DNA of 64,000 nucleotides from Mobula hypostoma (lineage: Eukaryota), in NCBI RefSeq assembly GCF_963921235.1, contig NC_086109.1, forward strand, positions 4,900,001-4,964,000, given 5' to 3'. The notes beneath the pieces are model-generated. The model did no database searches. It saw nothing but the letters and a program-made list of their open reading frames with translations, and was not told where the DNA came from. Position numbers and translations under genes: made by a program. Shown one piece after another: positions 26,671-39,044 of this stretch; position 1 is the first letter of the stretch, and every line of letters begins with the position of its first letter.

Positions 26671-29634
26671 CAGAAGCCATGCCCTTGTTGATCATCTTAG
26701 CCTTGAGCCAGAAATTAGGGATTGCAATGATTGGCTAACAGACAAAGGTTCTTGCCAAGCTTATATTACGAAGGAAAGAGTACAGATCGTCCAGGAAAGA
26801 ATTGTGTGATTTCTTACGCGCAAACACTTAGAACCATAGGATCAAAGAAAAATTGTAAATGTTGCCATGCTTCTGGTGCCAAGACAACATGCCCATAACA
26901 TACTCGTGGAATGTGGGAGGAAACTAGAAAATCTCCCAGTCATGGGGAGAATGTACTATCTCCTTATAGACAGTGGTATGAATCAAACCCTGATTTTACC
27001 AGCAGCTGTAAAGCAGGATGCTAACATGTCACCCTTAAGCTCCTCAGCCCACCACACCTGCATCAACCATGATGCCAGTCTTCCTGTATACAGTCCATAT
27101 GCCTCTATTCCCTACATGATCACGTGTTGGTCTAAACGCCTGTTATTCTTATCTGCTTCTTCCACGTTCCTTGGTAGTGCATTCCAGGCACATACCTCTC
27201 TGTAAAAAACAAACTTTGCTCATAACTTATTATGGTGTAACCTTCTCAAGGGCATTTTGAGATTGGGTCAGTGTACGAAGCCAACATTCCTTGAATGAAC
27301 AGAAAGATCTGTTAACACAAGCTTAACAACTTCTATTCAGTCTTCTTCCAGCAGCTTGACTCCCTGTGACAACTGGGCAAAGCAAGTTGCTTTAATGTTT
27401 AAAATCTGTTCCAGTGGTTCACAGGCGAGAACATTCAATGCTGCCTGGATTAGTGAATCAAGATTCGCCTCAATGAATAGCCACTCGATTGAACAAGTTC
27501 CTGTGACTATTCTCAGTTTACAAGCACAGCTACTCCCTGAATTCTCACTGTCAACCCGTGGGCTTCCACTTCTCTTCAGGCTAAATTATCTCCATTCTCA
27601 ATCAAGAACAATAGATTTTTGGACATTAAGGGAATTGAGGAAAATGGGAGAACACCAGAAAAAAAAAGGAGCTGACATTGAAGAACAGCTAAAATCTCGA
27701 TAAATAGTGGGATGGCTTATTCCCGCTCTGAGCTTTTACATTCTTGCAATCCCCCTGTAACCAGAACGACTTTGAGACTGGAATTTAATAGTAGACACAT
27801 TACTGTAGGACCCACAATGATTTTTACAAGACTTCATAGTCTAATGATCTTGTAAATAATATAAAAGGAGCTAGCCAACCTAATGCCACCTGTCAGCACT
27901 GCACAGACACATATAACCCTGCATGTCACAAACATAACTCACACAGAATAATCCAAAGAAAAAGGAAAGCCATCTTAACTTTGACTGATACCTTTTGTCT
28001 TAGTAGGTATCAAATGTTGAAGTTTAAAACATTACAATCAAAATATACTCAATTTTATTCAGGCTTATTCTGAGTATTAGCAATAATACATTCCATGAAT
28101 ATTCAGATTTAAGTGTACAGTTATCTACCATCGCCTTACTTTCTATAACATATAAACTCCATTGCCAAGCAGAATGAAGGTGACTGGATAATTCCTTGCC
28201 CAATCAAGCTTGATAATCATGACTCACAATTAACCTCAGCAAACAATTCATATGCAATCCTTCATTCAAAGCCAAAAATGTTTCCTCCAGTTTTTAAACA
28301 TCCAGGAGATCTTCAAGAGGTGGCTGAGAACCCTCACCATCCAAGCCATGTCCTCTTTATGTCATTACCATTGAGTTGGTGGGGTAGGAGCCTTAATAAA
28401 CCTGATTCTGATTGTTTTCTGCAAAACACACTGTTTGCTGGCTCATATTTTCTACCCTACATCAACACTGGCTGACGGAGAGAAACGAGACTGCAGACGT
28501 TGGTATCCAGAGCAACCATCTGCTGGAGGAAGTTCAAGTTTATTGTCATTCGACTGTGTAGACGTATACCACCAAACGAAACAATGTTCCTCTGGACCAA
28601 GTTGCAAAACACCATACATATAACTCATACGCAAACTTAAAGTAACACCACAAATAAAATAGCAAAAATAAAATATATTCCAGAAGACTGACATTTAGCA
28701 TAAGGTGTATTTACAGCACATTAAAAAAAAATAAAATGACGTTTCATACATGATCCAGAGAAGCGAGCAGCACTTGTCTATGGTTCAGGTCCATCCCGAC
28801 TCCTTTCCTACTTGACCCAATGACTTCCTCCAGCAGATTTTTTGTTGGCCATTGACTAACCGATGCTACGAATAACTCCAGAGTTCAAAGGTCATGCAGA
28901 TTAAATACCAATGCTTCCTTTGGCCTCCATTTTCAACTGAAAAAGTCACTAAATCACAGCAAAGAGAAATGTCACAGCTGTGAACAGCTTGAAGTAAAAG
29001 GTATCAAGACACAGGTGTTGGTTGGATACACGACGAAAAATATGAACCAGCTATCAACATACAAACTGTTGGAGGGTCTCAGACAGCTGGGGGATGCGAG
29101 AGAAAGGAAGAAAAAACCCATATGGATTGGTGTGCCCGACAGTCACTGTTCTTACCAACACCTCCTATTTCACTTGCTTCCAAGCCAATGGTATGAACAG
29201 TGAATTGTCCAGTTTCAGCTAACCCACTCCAAGAAGTCCACGTAGGTTCTTTCCTCCATGGTCATCTATCACCCCAACTTCCCAAGATCCATTATCCTCC
29301 CCCACCTAGTTCCATCTGCCCATCACTCACATGCATCCACCTGTGTCCTCCCTTGGCCAACCCCATCTACTTATGCTCTCATCTGCCAACAACCTCTCCC
29401 TTACCTGGCTCCACATTTCTTGCAGCCCTTCTCTAGCTTTCCCCTCTCCTGTCTCCACGTGCTCAATTTCTTTTTCCTCATCTGTTTCCCCCTGTCACAC
29501 ACCAACTTCTGTCTCAAACTACAACCCCCATACACCCCCAGCTCCATCTACAATTATGTCCCACCTCACCCAATCCCTATCAGCCACCAACTTCTGTCTC
29601 AAACTATAAACCCCAGCACCTTTACCTGATTGAC

Positions 29635-30090
29635 TATAAATGAACAAAATCAGCGCAGACATCTAGTGCAGATAATGGATGTCTTCATACAAATCTTTTG
29701 ACAATTTCATCTTCCAAATTTTCATTTCCATTGCAATATTCAAGATTATTGATACCTTTAAATTTTTCATGGTTCCTATTACTGAGGTAGTGAAACTGTA
29801 TCATTTTCACTCCTGATGTTTCTGGCGTGTCCAGTCCTGAATGCTTGAAACCACAGTGAGCAAAATGGTTTGGAATTGTCTTACTACTTATTTCTTGCCA
29901 ACCATCAGTGACAAAAATCACTGCTTTGAACATGAGAACACATATCTGATGCTACTTAAAAACTCTTCACTCTAGGCAGTATAGTGTCTAACAACCACAC
30001 AAGTGCACGTGACTGGCACTAGTTAGAAACTGTTTGGCAATAGTCTTTTGTCCCAATTAAGCAGCATAGTGCCCAAGTAAACAAAGGGAA
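29635..30090 (-). mobile_element. Tigger/pogo-like DNA transposon relic
   Basis: AVIFVTDGWQEISSKTIPNHFAHCGF resembles the W..V...TI.NCF...GF C-terminal motif of Tigger transposases. Confidence 0.55.
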
Positions 30091-31139
30091 GACATTGCGG
30101 AGGGATCGTCCACTGAGTCAGTGTGGGTAAAAATCAGAAACTTAAAGGGAGCATTTGGGAGTATTCTATGGACCCCAATAGCAACAGGGAACCTGATGGA
30201 GAGGCAGACTGTGTAAAAGTGCAAAATAACAGGGTTGCTGGAGAAATTTCACTCAGTGGGTACTGAATCTTTGACTTCACTCAAAAACACAGTGGAGTCT
30301 TAGCTATTGTTTACATTTAAAACAGACTGATACTTCAGCACATGACAGAATTCAAGGGAAATATAAGGCTGTTGGGGGGGTGGTACTGAGTGGTATACAG
30401 CAGGCTCAAAGGGCCAAATGGCCAACCTGCTCCAATTTCTTAAACCTGGAAAGGAATTTTGCTCCCTTAATGTGTCACAGCCTTCCAGCTCCTTTCACAA
30501 GCCATTTATTGAGGCAGAGAAATGCCAATGATTTGCTCTTGTCCAGCATAGTTCTTACTTCTTCATTCCAGAACATTCTTTCAAACTAACTTGCAAGACT
30601 ACCACTTTCACTCAATAACTCCAACCACTAAACAGTGACTTCGGACTGTATTCTGAAATTAGTCCACAAAGATAGTGCAAAATAAAACTAAAAGGACTGT
30701 AGTGGTTTATCCAATACACCAGGACGCACAACTTCCTCCAGGTTCAGTAATGTCACAAGCCATGAATGAACGTCAAGATTCAAAAAAATTCGTCGTACAT
30801 TTATTATCAAGGTATATATAAATTTTACAACCTTGAGATTTGTCTGCTGACAGGCAGCCACAAAGCAAGTTCATCATCACACACCGACGATGCAGTCTCT
30901 GCACAATGTCGATTTGGAGCGTTCTGCATTTGGCGTTTGATCGCTTGTCAAAATCGTAAAGGCTTTCATTCTGCTACCTAATTGTGCAGGCAAGAACTTT
31001 CAGATTCTGTTCGGAGCGGAGAATCAATGAGGGGCACATTTTCAAAGAGCCGATTTCAGGGAGATTAAATACTGAGAGGGACACACACAATATGCTGGAG
31101 AGCTCCTGCCCAACTCACACACCACTGGTGATAACATAT

Positions 31140-31700
31140 CACACCCGAGCTGGCCGGAGACTCCAGCCGCCCCCGCCATGGCTCTGCCAGGCTATCGCGC
31201 TAAAAGGAGCTGCAGGGCACCAGGTACCCAAACCCAGCCCGATGACCCGCTCCCCAGCGCCCGGTCTGTTGACAGGCTGCCCATATCTGGTTCCCGTACA
31301 CCGCCGGCGGCTCGGCCAAGCAGACACACTCCTCGCCGGCCGGTAGCCACCCTACAGCCACCTACCTTTCCTCGGCCGCAGCGACATCTTGCACCAGGCT
31401 CCAGCACGTGACCGCACGCTGCTATGGTGACGTAACACACGGCCCCGCCCCCCGTGTCGGTTGCTATCAAGCCCCTCCCCCCAGCCGGTGAGGGGTCGCG
31501 GGTAGGCGCATGCGTCGTGTTCTCGGCGCCGGCGTGGTGTGACGGCCCTGGAATGTGTCAGCGCTACTGAGGTACTGAGCGGGGTGGGTCGGGGGGAAGC
31601 GATGACTAGGGACCGGGGGACCGGGTATGGCTACGGCTACGGGGAAGATGGGAATCGGGGCCGTGTGCGCTGGGGGTGAGGGGGGCGGAAGGAGAGAGGA
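31140..31700. promoter_or_regulatory. CpG-island bidirectional promoter shared by PFKFB2 (-) and YOD1 (+)
   Basis: CpG-dense in a CpG-poor window. E-box CACGTG 31405-31410, CRE-like TGACGTAA 31428-31435, GC box 31441-31453, NRF1-like GCGCATGCGT 31506-31515. C-rich to G-rich strand switch near 31490. Confidence 0.85.
31366..31387 (-). CDS. PFKFB2: Candidate first coding exon of PFKFB2 (MSLRPRK plus a phase-1 G)
   Basis: In the CpG island the minus strand reads aagATG TCG CTG CGG CCG AGG AAA G|gtaggt. Strong donor; phase 1 joins in frame to the exon at 12700 (G|CA = Ala). Confidence 0.55.
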
Positions 31701-32744
31701 GATGAAGACCTGGGTACGGTGGGGGCGGCGGTAGCAAGCGAGCTAGGTAGGTGTGACCCGGGAACCGGGTCTGAGGAAGAGGGGCGGGCAGGCAGGAGAT
31801 TGAGGTGGGTTGGTGGGACTGTTGCTGAGGTGTGGATGGTGAGGGGCGATGGGCTTGGGGTCCCGGCAGCTGCTGTGGACAGATATGCTCAGACACTGGG
31901 GCAGAGCGAGGTGGGGGTAGAATGGGGGGGGGGGCAGTGGAATGTTACTGAGATGTGTTACCGTTACCGATATTACTGGGGATGAGGGGGGATGAGGATG
32001 ATGCGGGAAGATGAGGACTGGTGGTTGCCTTAGCTCAGTATTCGGGGCAGCAGGAGCCGGAGGTGGGTTGTGGGCTGTGGGCCGTGACATATGTGTTACA
32101 TTACTGCTGCAGAGATGGGATGGGGAAATGTGTTGCTGAGAAACTGGGGTGATGGGGAGGTAGGTCAGGGTTGAGTGAAGCGTGTTACTGTTTTTCAGAT
32201 ATGGTGGCTATGGGAGCCACAGCCTGGCACAGAGTTTTACTGCCTGTTGGCTGGCAGGGAGACTGTGTTCATGTGTGGGGTATTGCTGTACACTGTGGGC
32301 AGAACACAGGAGACTTGGGGCTGCTGTCCAGTCCCAGACTGCACAGCTAACGCACTGCAAGAACAGCTTCAGTGGAGTGGGGCTGCTGGTGAACGAGCAG
32401 AGTGATATGTGGGGATTGGAGTAGGGGCTTCCTTTCAGCCGGGAACCGGCTACCTTGGGTGTGTCGAATGGGGCAGCTGTGTCGTACAGGCTTCTCTCTC
32501 CATAGCTACTGCCTGATAGAACCTGTGTTCTTTCTGCTTTCTTTACTTCAGATTCTCAGCAACCGCAGGTTTCTGTAACAGTGCAAGCATTTTTGTCTGT
32601 CACTCCTTCCCTATTTGTGTCTCCTTCAGACAGTTACTGCAGGTGATGGATAAATTAAAAGGGTAAATGCACACACTTTTTTCCCCTCCAGTGAAAGGCA
32701 ACAAAAAAAACTACAGAGTATAGGTTTAAGATGAGAGGGGAGAG

Positions 32745-33960
32745 ACTAGACACATTGCCACAATAGGTCAACAGCAGATGCAATCTCAATGGCTCTTCAC
32801 ACGCCTTTAGACTACCTGGACAAGACAAACAACAATGTCAGGGTGCTGTTCATCAACTATAACTGAGCATTTAATACCATCATTCCCTCAATCCTAATTG
32901 CAAAGTTACAAAACCTGGGTCTCTGTACCTCCTTCTGCAATTGGATCCTCGACGTCCTAACCAGAAGATCACAATCTATGCGGATTGGTGATAACATCTC
33001 CTCGCTGACGATCAACACTGATGCACCACGGGTGTGTGCTTAGCCCACTTCTCTACTCTCTATATACCCATGACTGTGTGGCTAGGCGTAGCTCAAATGC
33101 CATTTATAAATTTGCTGATGAAACTATCATTGTTGGTAGAATCTCAGGTGGTGATGAGAGGGTTTACAGGAGTGAGATATGCCAACTAGTGGAGTGGTGT
33201 CACAGCAACAACCTGGCACTCAACGTCAGTAAGACGAAAGAGCTGATTGTGGACTTTCAGAAGAATAAGACGAAGGAACACATACCAATCCTTATAGAGG
33301 GATCAGAAGTGGAGAGAGTGAGCAGTTTCAAGTTCCTGGATGTCAAGATCTCTGGGGATCTAACCTGGTCCCAGCATATCAATGGAGTTATAAAGAAATC
33401 AAGACAGCGGCTATACTTCATTAGGAGTTTGAAGAGATTTGGTATGTCAACAAATACACTCAAAATCTTCTATAGATGTACCAAGATGTGCACAGGACTG
33501 AAGAAAGCTGCAGAGGGTTGTAAACTTAGTCGGCTCCCTCTTGGGTACTAGCTAAACAAAGTACCCAGGATATCTTCAAGGAGTGGGTCTCAGAAAGGCA
33601 GTGTCCATTATTAAAGACATCCAGCACCCAGTGCATGCCCTTTTCTCACTGTTGCCATCAGGTAGGAGATACAGAAGCCTGAAGGTACACACTCAGCGAC
33701 TCAGGAACAGCTTCTTCCCCTCTGCCATCTGATTCCAAAATGGACATTGAACCCTTGGACACAATCTCACTTTTTTATTATAGAGTATTTCTGGGTTTTT
33801 TTGCACAATTTTTAATCTATTTAATATATGTATACTGTAATTTATTTTTTATTATTATTTATTTAGTTTTTTCTTCTATATTATGTATTGCATTGAACTG
33901 CTGGCTGCCAAGTTAACAAATTTCATGTCACATGCCGGTGATTCTAAACCTGATTCTGAT
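32745..33960 (+). mobile_element. Rex1/Babar-clade LINE RT and 3' tail
   Basis: [48 protein letters not shown]; tail ending aacctgattctgat. Confidence 0.9.
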
Positions 33961-34009
33961 TTAAAGTGACTGAAGCCAATGAGAGCTTCCTTTAGGAGGG
34001 TGAACCCAC

Positions 34010-36512
34010 AGAAAGCATCTGGCCCTGTCGAGTACTAAAGTTCTGTGCTGATCAACTGGCTGGAGTGCTCACTGATATCTTTAACCTCTTACTTCAGCAG
34101 TCTGAGGTACCCACCTGCTTCAAGCAGGCTTCAGTTATACCGGTGCCCAGGAGAACGTGGTAATCTGCTGCAATGACTATCATCCAGTAGCACATCCACT
34201 GTAATGAAGTGTCTTGAGAGGTTCGTAATGAAACATATCAACTCCTTACCAGAGAAGCAACTTAGATCTGCTCCAGCTATCTGCTCCTAATGTCACAACA
34301 GGTCCGCAGCAGATACCATCTCACTGGCTCCTCACTCTACACTGGAACATCTGGACAGTGCAGGTGCATACATCAGGATGCTCTTCATTGTCTATAGCTG
34401 AGCATCCCCTCAAAACTAATCAATCAGCCCCAAGACCTCGGCCTCAATACCTCCGTGTGCAACTGGATCCTCGATTTCCTCACTTGCAGACCCAGTAGGT
34501 TTGGTTTGGTTTAGAAACATCTCCTCCACAATCTCTGTCTGCACAGGTGCACCACAAAGCTGTGTGCTTAGCCCCCTGCTCTACTCACTCTACACTTATA
34601 ACTGCGAGGCTAAGCACAGCTCCAGTGCCATATTTAAGTTTGCTGATGACGCCACTGTCAATGGCCGAATCAAAGGTGGGTAATGAACTGCAAATAGGGA
34701 GACTAAATACCTGGCTGAGTGATGTCATGACAACAACCAGTCATTCAATGTCAGCAAGACCAAAGAGCTGATTATTGACCTCAGGAGGAGAGAATCAGAG
34801 GTCCATGAGCCAGTCCTCATTGGGGAATCAGAGGTCGAGTGTCAGCAACTTCAAATTCCTTGGCATTATCATTTCAGAGAATCTGCCCTGGACCCAGCCC
34901 GTAACAGCCATTACAAAGCAAGCACAGCAGTGTTTCTACTTTCTTAGAAGTTTACGAAGATTCAGCATGTCATCTAAAACTTTGACAAACTTCTATAGAT
35001 GTGCCGTGGAGAATTTATTGACTGGTTGCATCACAGTCTGATATGGAACCATCAATGCCTTTGACCAGAAAAGCCTACAAAACGTAGTGGATACAGTCCA
35101 GTTGATTACAGCTAAAGCCCTCCCCACCATTGAGCACTTCTACAAGGAGCAGTTTTGCAGGCTCAAGGACTTCCCCATCTAGCCTGTCATCTCTTTTCAC
35201 TGCTACCATCAGGAAGGAGATACAGGAGCCTCAGGATTTGTATCAAAGTTCAAAGTAAATTTATGGATGTCACCATTTACAACCCTGAGATTAATTTTCC
35301 TGCGGGAATTCACAGTAAATACAAGATACACAATAGAATCAATGAAAGACTGCACCCAACAGGATGGACAAACAACCAATGTGCAAAAAAAACAAACTGC
35401 AAATACAAAAAAGAGAAAATAAATAATAACAGTAAACAATAAATATCAAGAACGTGAGCTGGTGAGTCCAGTTCAGTGATGGTGACATCACCAGGTTCAA
35501 GTCAAGTCAATTTTTATTGTCATTTCAACCATAACTGCTGGTACAGTACACAGTAAAAACGAGACAATGTTTTTCAGGACCATGGTGCTACATGAACAAT
35601 ACAAAAACAACGCAAAACTACACTAGACTACAGACCTACCCAGGACTGCATAAAGTGCACAAAACAGTGCAGGCATTACAATAAATATAAACAAGACAAT
35701 AGGCACAGTAGTGGGCAGTAGGTTGGTGTCAGTCCAGGCTCTGGGTATTGAGGAGTCTGATGACTTGGGGGAAGAAACCGTTACATAGTCTGGTCGTGAG
35801 AGCTGGAATATTTCGGTGCCTTTTGCCAGATGGCAGGAGGGAGAAGAGTTTGTATGAGGGGTACGTGGGATCCCTCATAATGCTGTTTGCTTTACGGGTG
35901 CAGCGTGTGGTGTAAATGTCTCTAATGGTGGGAAGAGAGACCCCAGTGATCTTCTCAGCTGACTTCACTATCCGCTGCAGGGTCTTGCGGTCCGAGGTGG
36001 TGCAATTTCCGAACCAGGCAGTGATGCAGCTGCTCAGGATGCTCTCAATACAACCTCTGTAGAATGTGGTGAGGATGGAGGGGTGGGACATGGACTTTCC
36101 TCAGCCTTCACAGAATGTAGAGACGCTGCTGGGCTTTCCTTGCTGTGGAGCTGGTGTTGACGGACCAGGTTCAGGAACAGTTATTGCCCTCAACCCTCGG
36201 GCTACCGAACCAGAGGGAATAACGGCACTCATCCCAACACTGAACTGTTCCCACAACCTATGCACTCACTTTCAAGGGCTTTTAATTTCATGTTCTCTAT
36301 TTATTGCTTATTTATTTAATATTTTGTGTTTTATTTGTACAAATTGTTATCTTTTGCACATTGTCCGCTTGTCCATCTTGTGTGTGTTATTTTTCATTGA
36401 TTCTATGGCATTTCTTTGTATTTACTGTGAATGCCTGCAAAAAAAAGAATCTCAGAGTTGTATGTGGTGACGTATGTCCTTTGATAGTACATTTACTTTG
36501 AACTTTGAACGG
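34010..36512 (+). mobile_element. Rex1/Babar LINE interrupted by nested antisense LINE insertions
   Basis: [24 protein letters not shown] and LRSLRRFSMSSKTLTNFYRC; the element resumes at 36164 after the inserts. Confidence 0.85.
35500..36163 (-). mobile_element. Nested Rex1/Babar LINE of a different subfamily, with a (CTTGA)n tail
   Basis: FYRGCIESILSSCITAWFGN...FFPQVIRLLN; TSD ACCAGGTTCA 35490-35499 / 36164-36173. Confidence 0.88.
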
Positions 36513-38667
36513 TGTCTACTTCAAGTGGGTGGTCGGTATATGGAAGTGGTGGATGGGCTCACCTGTCTTATAAAGACCCTACCCAGAAGAAGGCAATGGC
36601 AAATATACAACCATCCATCAGCTGCTCCCACAGCTTCACATAACTCTGATCAGAGCTAAGCAACCACTACACCTTGCCCAGGGGAGACCTGCAGGCTATC
36701 AGAGCCTTCTGCCTCCTTTGGTAGAGGTGTATCTCCACCCAGCAAAGTATTGCAATTACTATAATTTGCCAACATAAATGGGACAGAAAGGGGAAGAGCA
36801 AGTGAGTGTTCATGGGCTCATGGACCATTCTAGTGGAGGGGAAGAAACTGTTCCTGAATCTTTCAATGTGTCTGTTCAGGCTCCTGGCAGTAACGAGACT
36901 CGGACAGTGAGCATCCTTGGTTATGGATGCTGCCTTCCTGAAGTGCGGCCTCTTGGATGGTGGGGAGGGTCGTGCCTGTGATGGAGCTGGCTAAGCCTAC
37001 AACACTCTGCAGTTTTGCTCACCTGTCTCAGTGTGTCTTTGGACTATGGAACAAAATTGGAGAAAATACTCGCATCCATGGGTAGAACATACAAAGACAA
37101 CTTACAGATGGTGCCAGAACTGAACTCCGGAATGCCCCAAGTTGTAATAATGTTGAGCTATGCCACTGGTTTCAATAAGACATTGGAGCACAATTTGGCT
37201 ATTCGGCTCATTGAGTGATCTGCCATTCTATCATGGCTGATTTATTTTCTCTCTCAACCCCATGTACTTGCCTTCTCCCCATAACCTTGGTCTCCACAGC
37301 CATCTGTGGCAATGAACTCCACAGATTCTCATTTCTGCTCCATTCTACAGCAATGTGGACAGATTTGGTCACTATTATAGGAAAGTGCTATTAAACTAGA
37401 AAGGGTGTTGAAAAGAGTTACCAAGTTGAGCTTGAGTTACAAAGAGAGATTGCTTACGCCAGGACTTTATTCCCTGGAGTGTAGAAATTGAGGAGGTAAC
37501 CTGATAGAGGTATATAAGGTCATGAAGGTTAGCAGGATGAAATCTTAGTCTGTTGCCCAGGGAGGGGATTCTAATAACAGGAGGGCATGGCATTAAAATC
37601 AGAGACGAGAGGTTTTAAAGATACATCAGGGCAGGTTCTTCATGCAAAGGGTGGTACGTATTTGGAATGAGTTGGATGAGGTCTAAAAGCAATGAAATAA
37701 ATTGGATCAGAGAGGTTTAGAAGGCTGCAGGTCATTGTGGTCAAATGGGATGAGCTCCCTGGGCAATATAATCAGCATGGCTGAGTTGGGTCAAAGGGCC
37801 TGTTCTATGCTGTATGACTGTGCTGATAGTTCCTCCGTTGTCTTTATATTAAACCACTTGCCCGTCATTTATTCTGGGACTAAATAGGAGAAGGTTCCCG
37901 TAACAGAATCAGGCACATCCAGCTCAATTTAGCCCACTGATTTTGCTGATGTTTTTCCTTCAAAGGGTAAAATTATTCTCGTTGCTTCTTTGCCTAGCAT
38001 GACTGTGAGCCTGTGTGCTGTAGGTGTCTCTCAAATTTGATTTTGCTTTGAGAAGTGGATTGACAAGAGCAAGGTGGTAGACATTGCCCACATGGACTTC
38101 TTCAGGGTTGGCCAAAGTCATGTTAGAATGGTCTAGAAAGTTAGATCATGTGAATCTTGTGTTTTGTATCTCAGGCTTTTACATTTTCTGCCCAATGGGA
38201 GATGGTCAAAGAGAGAATGACCAAGGTATGAGGGCCCCTTGATTATGTTGTGTGTATATGTGTATACACATACATCACTATATACACACAGATCTACCTA
38301 TATTGAGAGTAGAGAGAGAGAGATCAAGACAAATGTTATTTGTTATTGTGGATCTTAGTTACAGCTTAGTGTTATGTGATCATTCCCACACAACTTACTT
38401 CTCATGTAGCAATTTGATTTTTTTTCATTATCTGATAATAAAACAATAACTTGCATTGTATAATCGTCTCATTTCTGTGCTGTCAGCTCCTATTAAGCAC
38501 TTTTGAAATGAGTGGTGCAACATTTTAACTGTATGGGGCACAGCAACACACAGACTTGGTCACTTTGAATCACTGGTATAAATGGTAAAAGAAAAATGGA
38601 TCTTGTCAACGAAATCCTAGCAGAATGTCACCTTTGACCGAATTTCACTTTGTTCCTTCAGAGTAAA

Positions 38668-38875
38668 ATGCTGCGTTTGCGATGCAAGGCGAAGAATGGA
38701 ACCCACCTGATGCAAGGGCTGACCTCATCATCCAGTGTCCAAGAGCTGAAAGATAAAGTGGAAGAGCTAACAGGGGTTCCATGTGCTCTGCAGAAAATTA
38801 TGGTGGGATATCCTCCATGCTGCCTGGATCTCCACAATGGAGAACTGGCTCTCAAGGATTGTCCTATCAAATCTG
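38668..38875 (+). CDS. YOD1: YOD1 first coding exon (N-terminal ubiquitin-like/UBX-like domain)
   Basis: MLRLRCKAKNGTHLMQGLT...KIMVGYPP...PIKS G|gtgagt. The acceptor ttgttccttcag ends at 38661, 6 nt before the ATG. Confidence 0.95.
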
Positions 38876-39044
38876 GTGAGTGTATTAAAGGCCCCGTCAA
38901 CAGAACAAAGGAGTAAATGCTGCCTGAGTAATTAAGGCGGCAGGGCCAAGTCAGAGGTGTTCTGCATAGGAGTCATGTAATCTGCATTTGCCTTTGGTAT
39001 TCCGGAGGCCACCAATTGAACACTAAACATAAAGCACTAGCCAC

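Noticed and set aside
31405..31420. ChREBP carbohydrate response element (CACGTG-accg-CACGCT)
   Set aside because: Spacing is 4 nt rather than the canonical 5, and the second box is degenerate.
30984..32424. Multiple overlapping GC-rich ORFs in the CpG island
   Set aside because: Expected from stop-codon scarcity in GC-rich DNA; the peptides are low-complexity.
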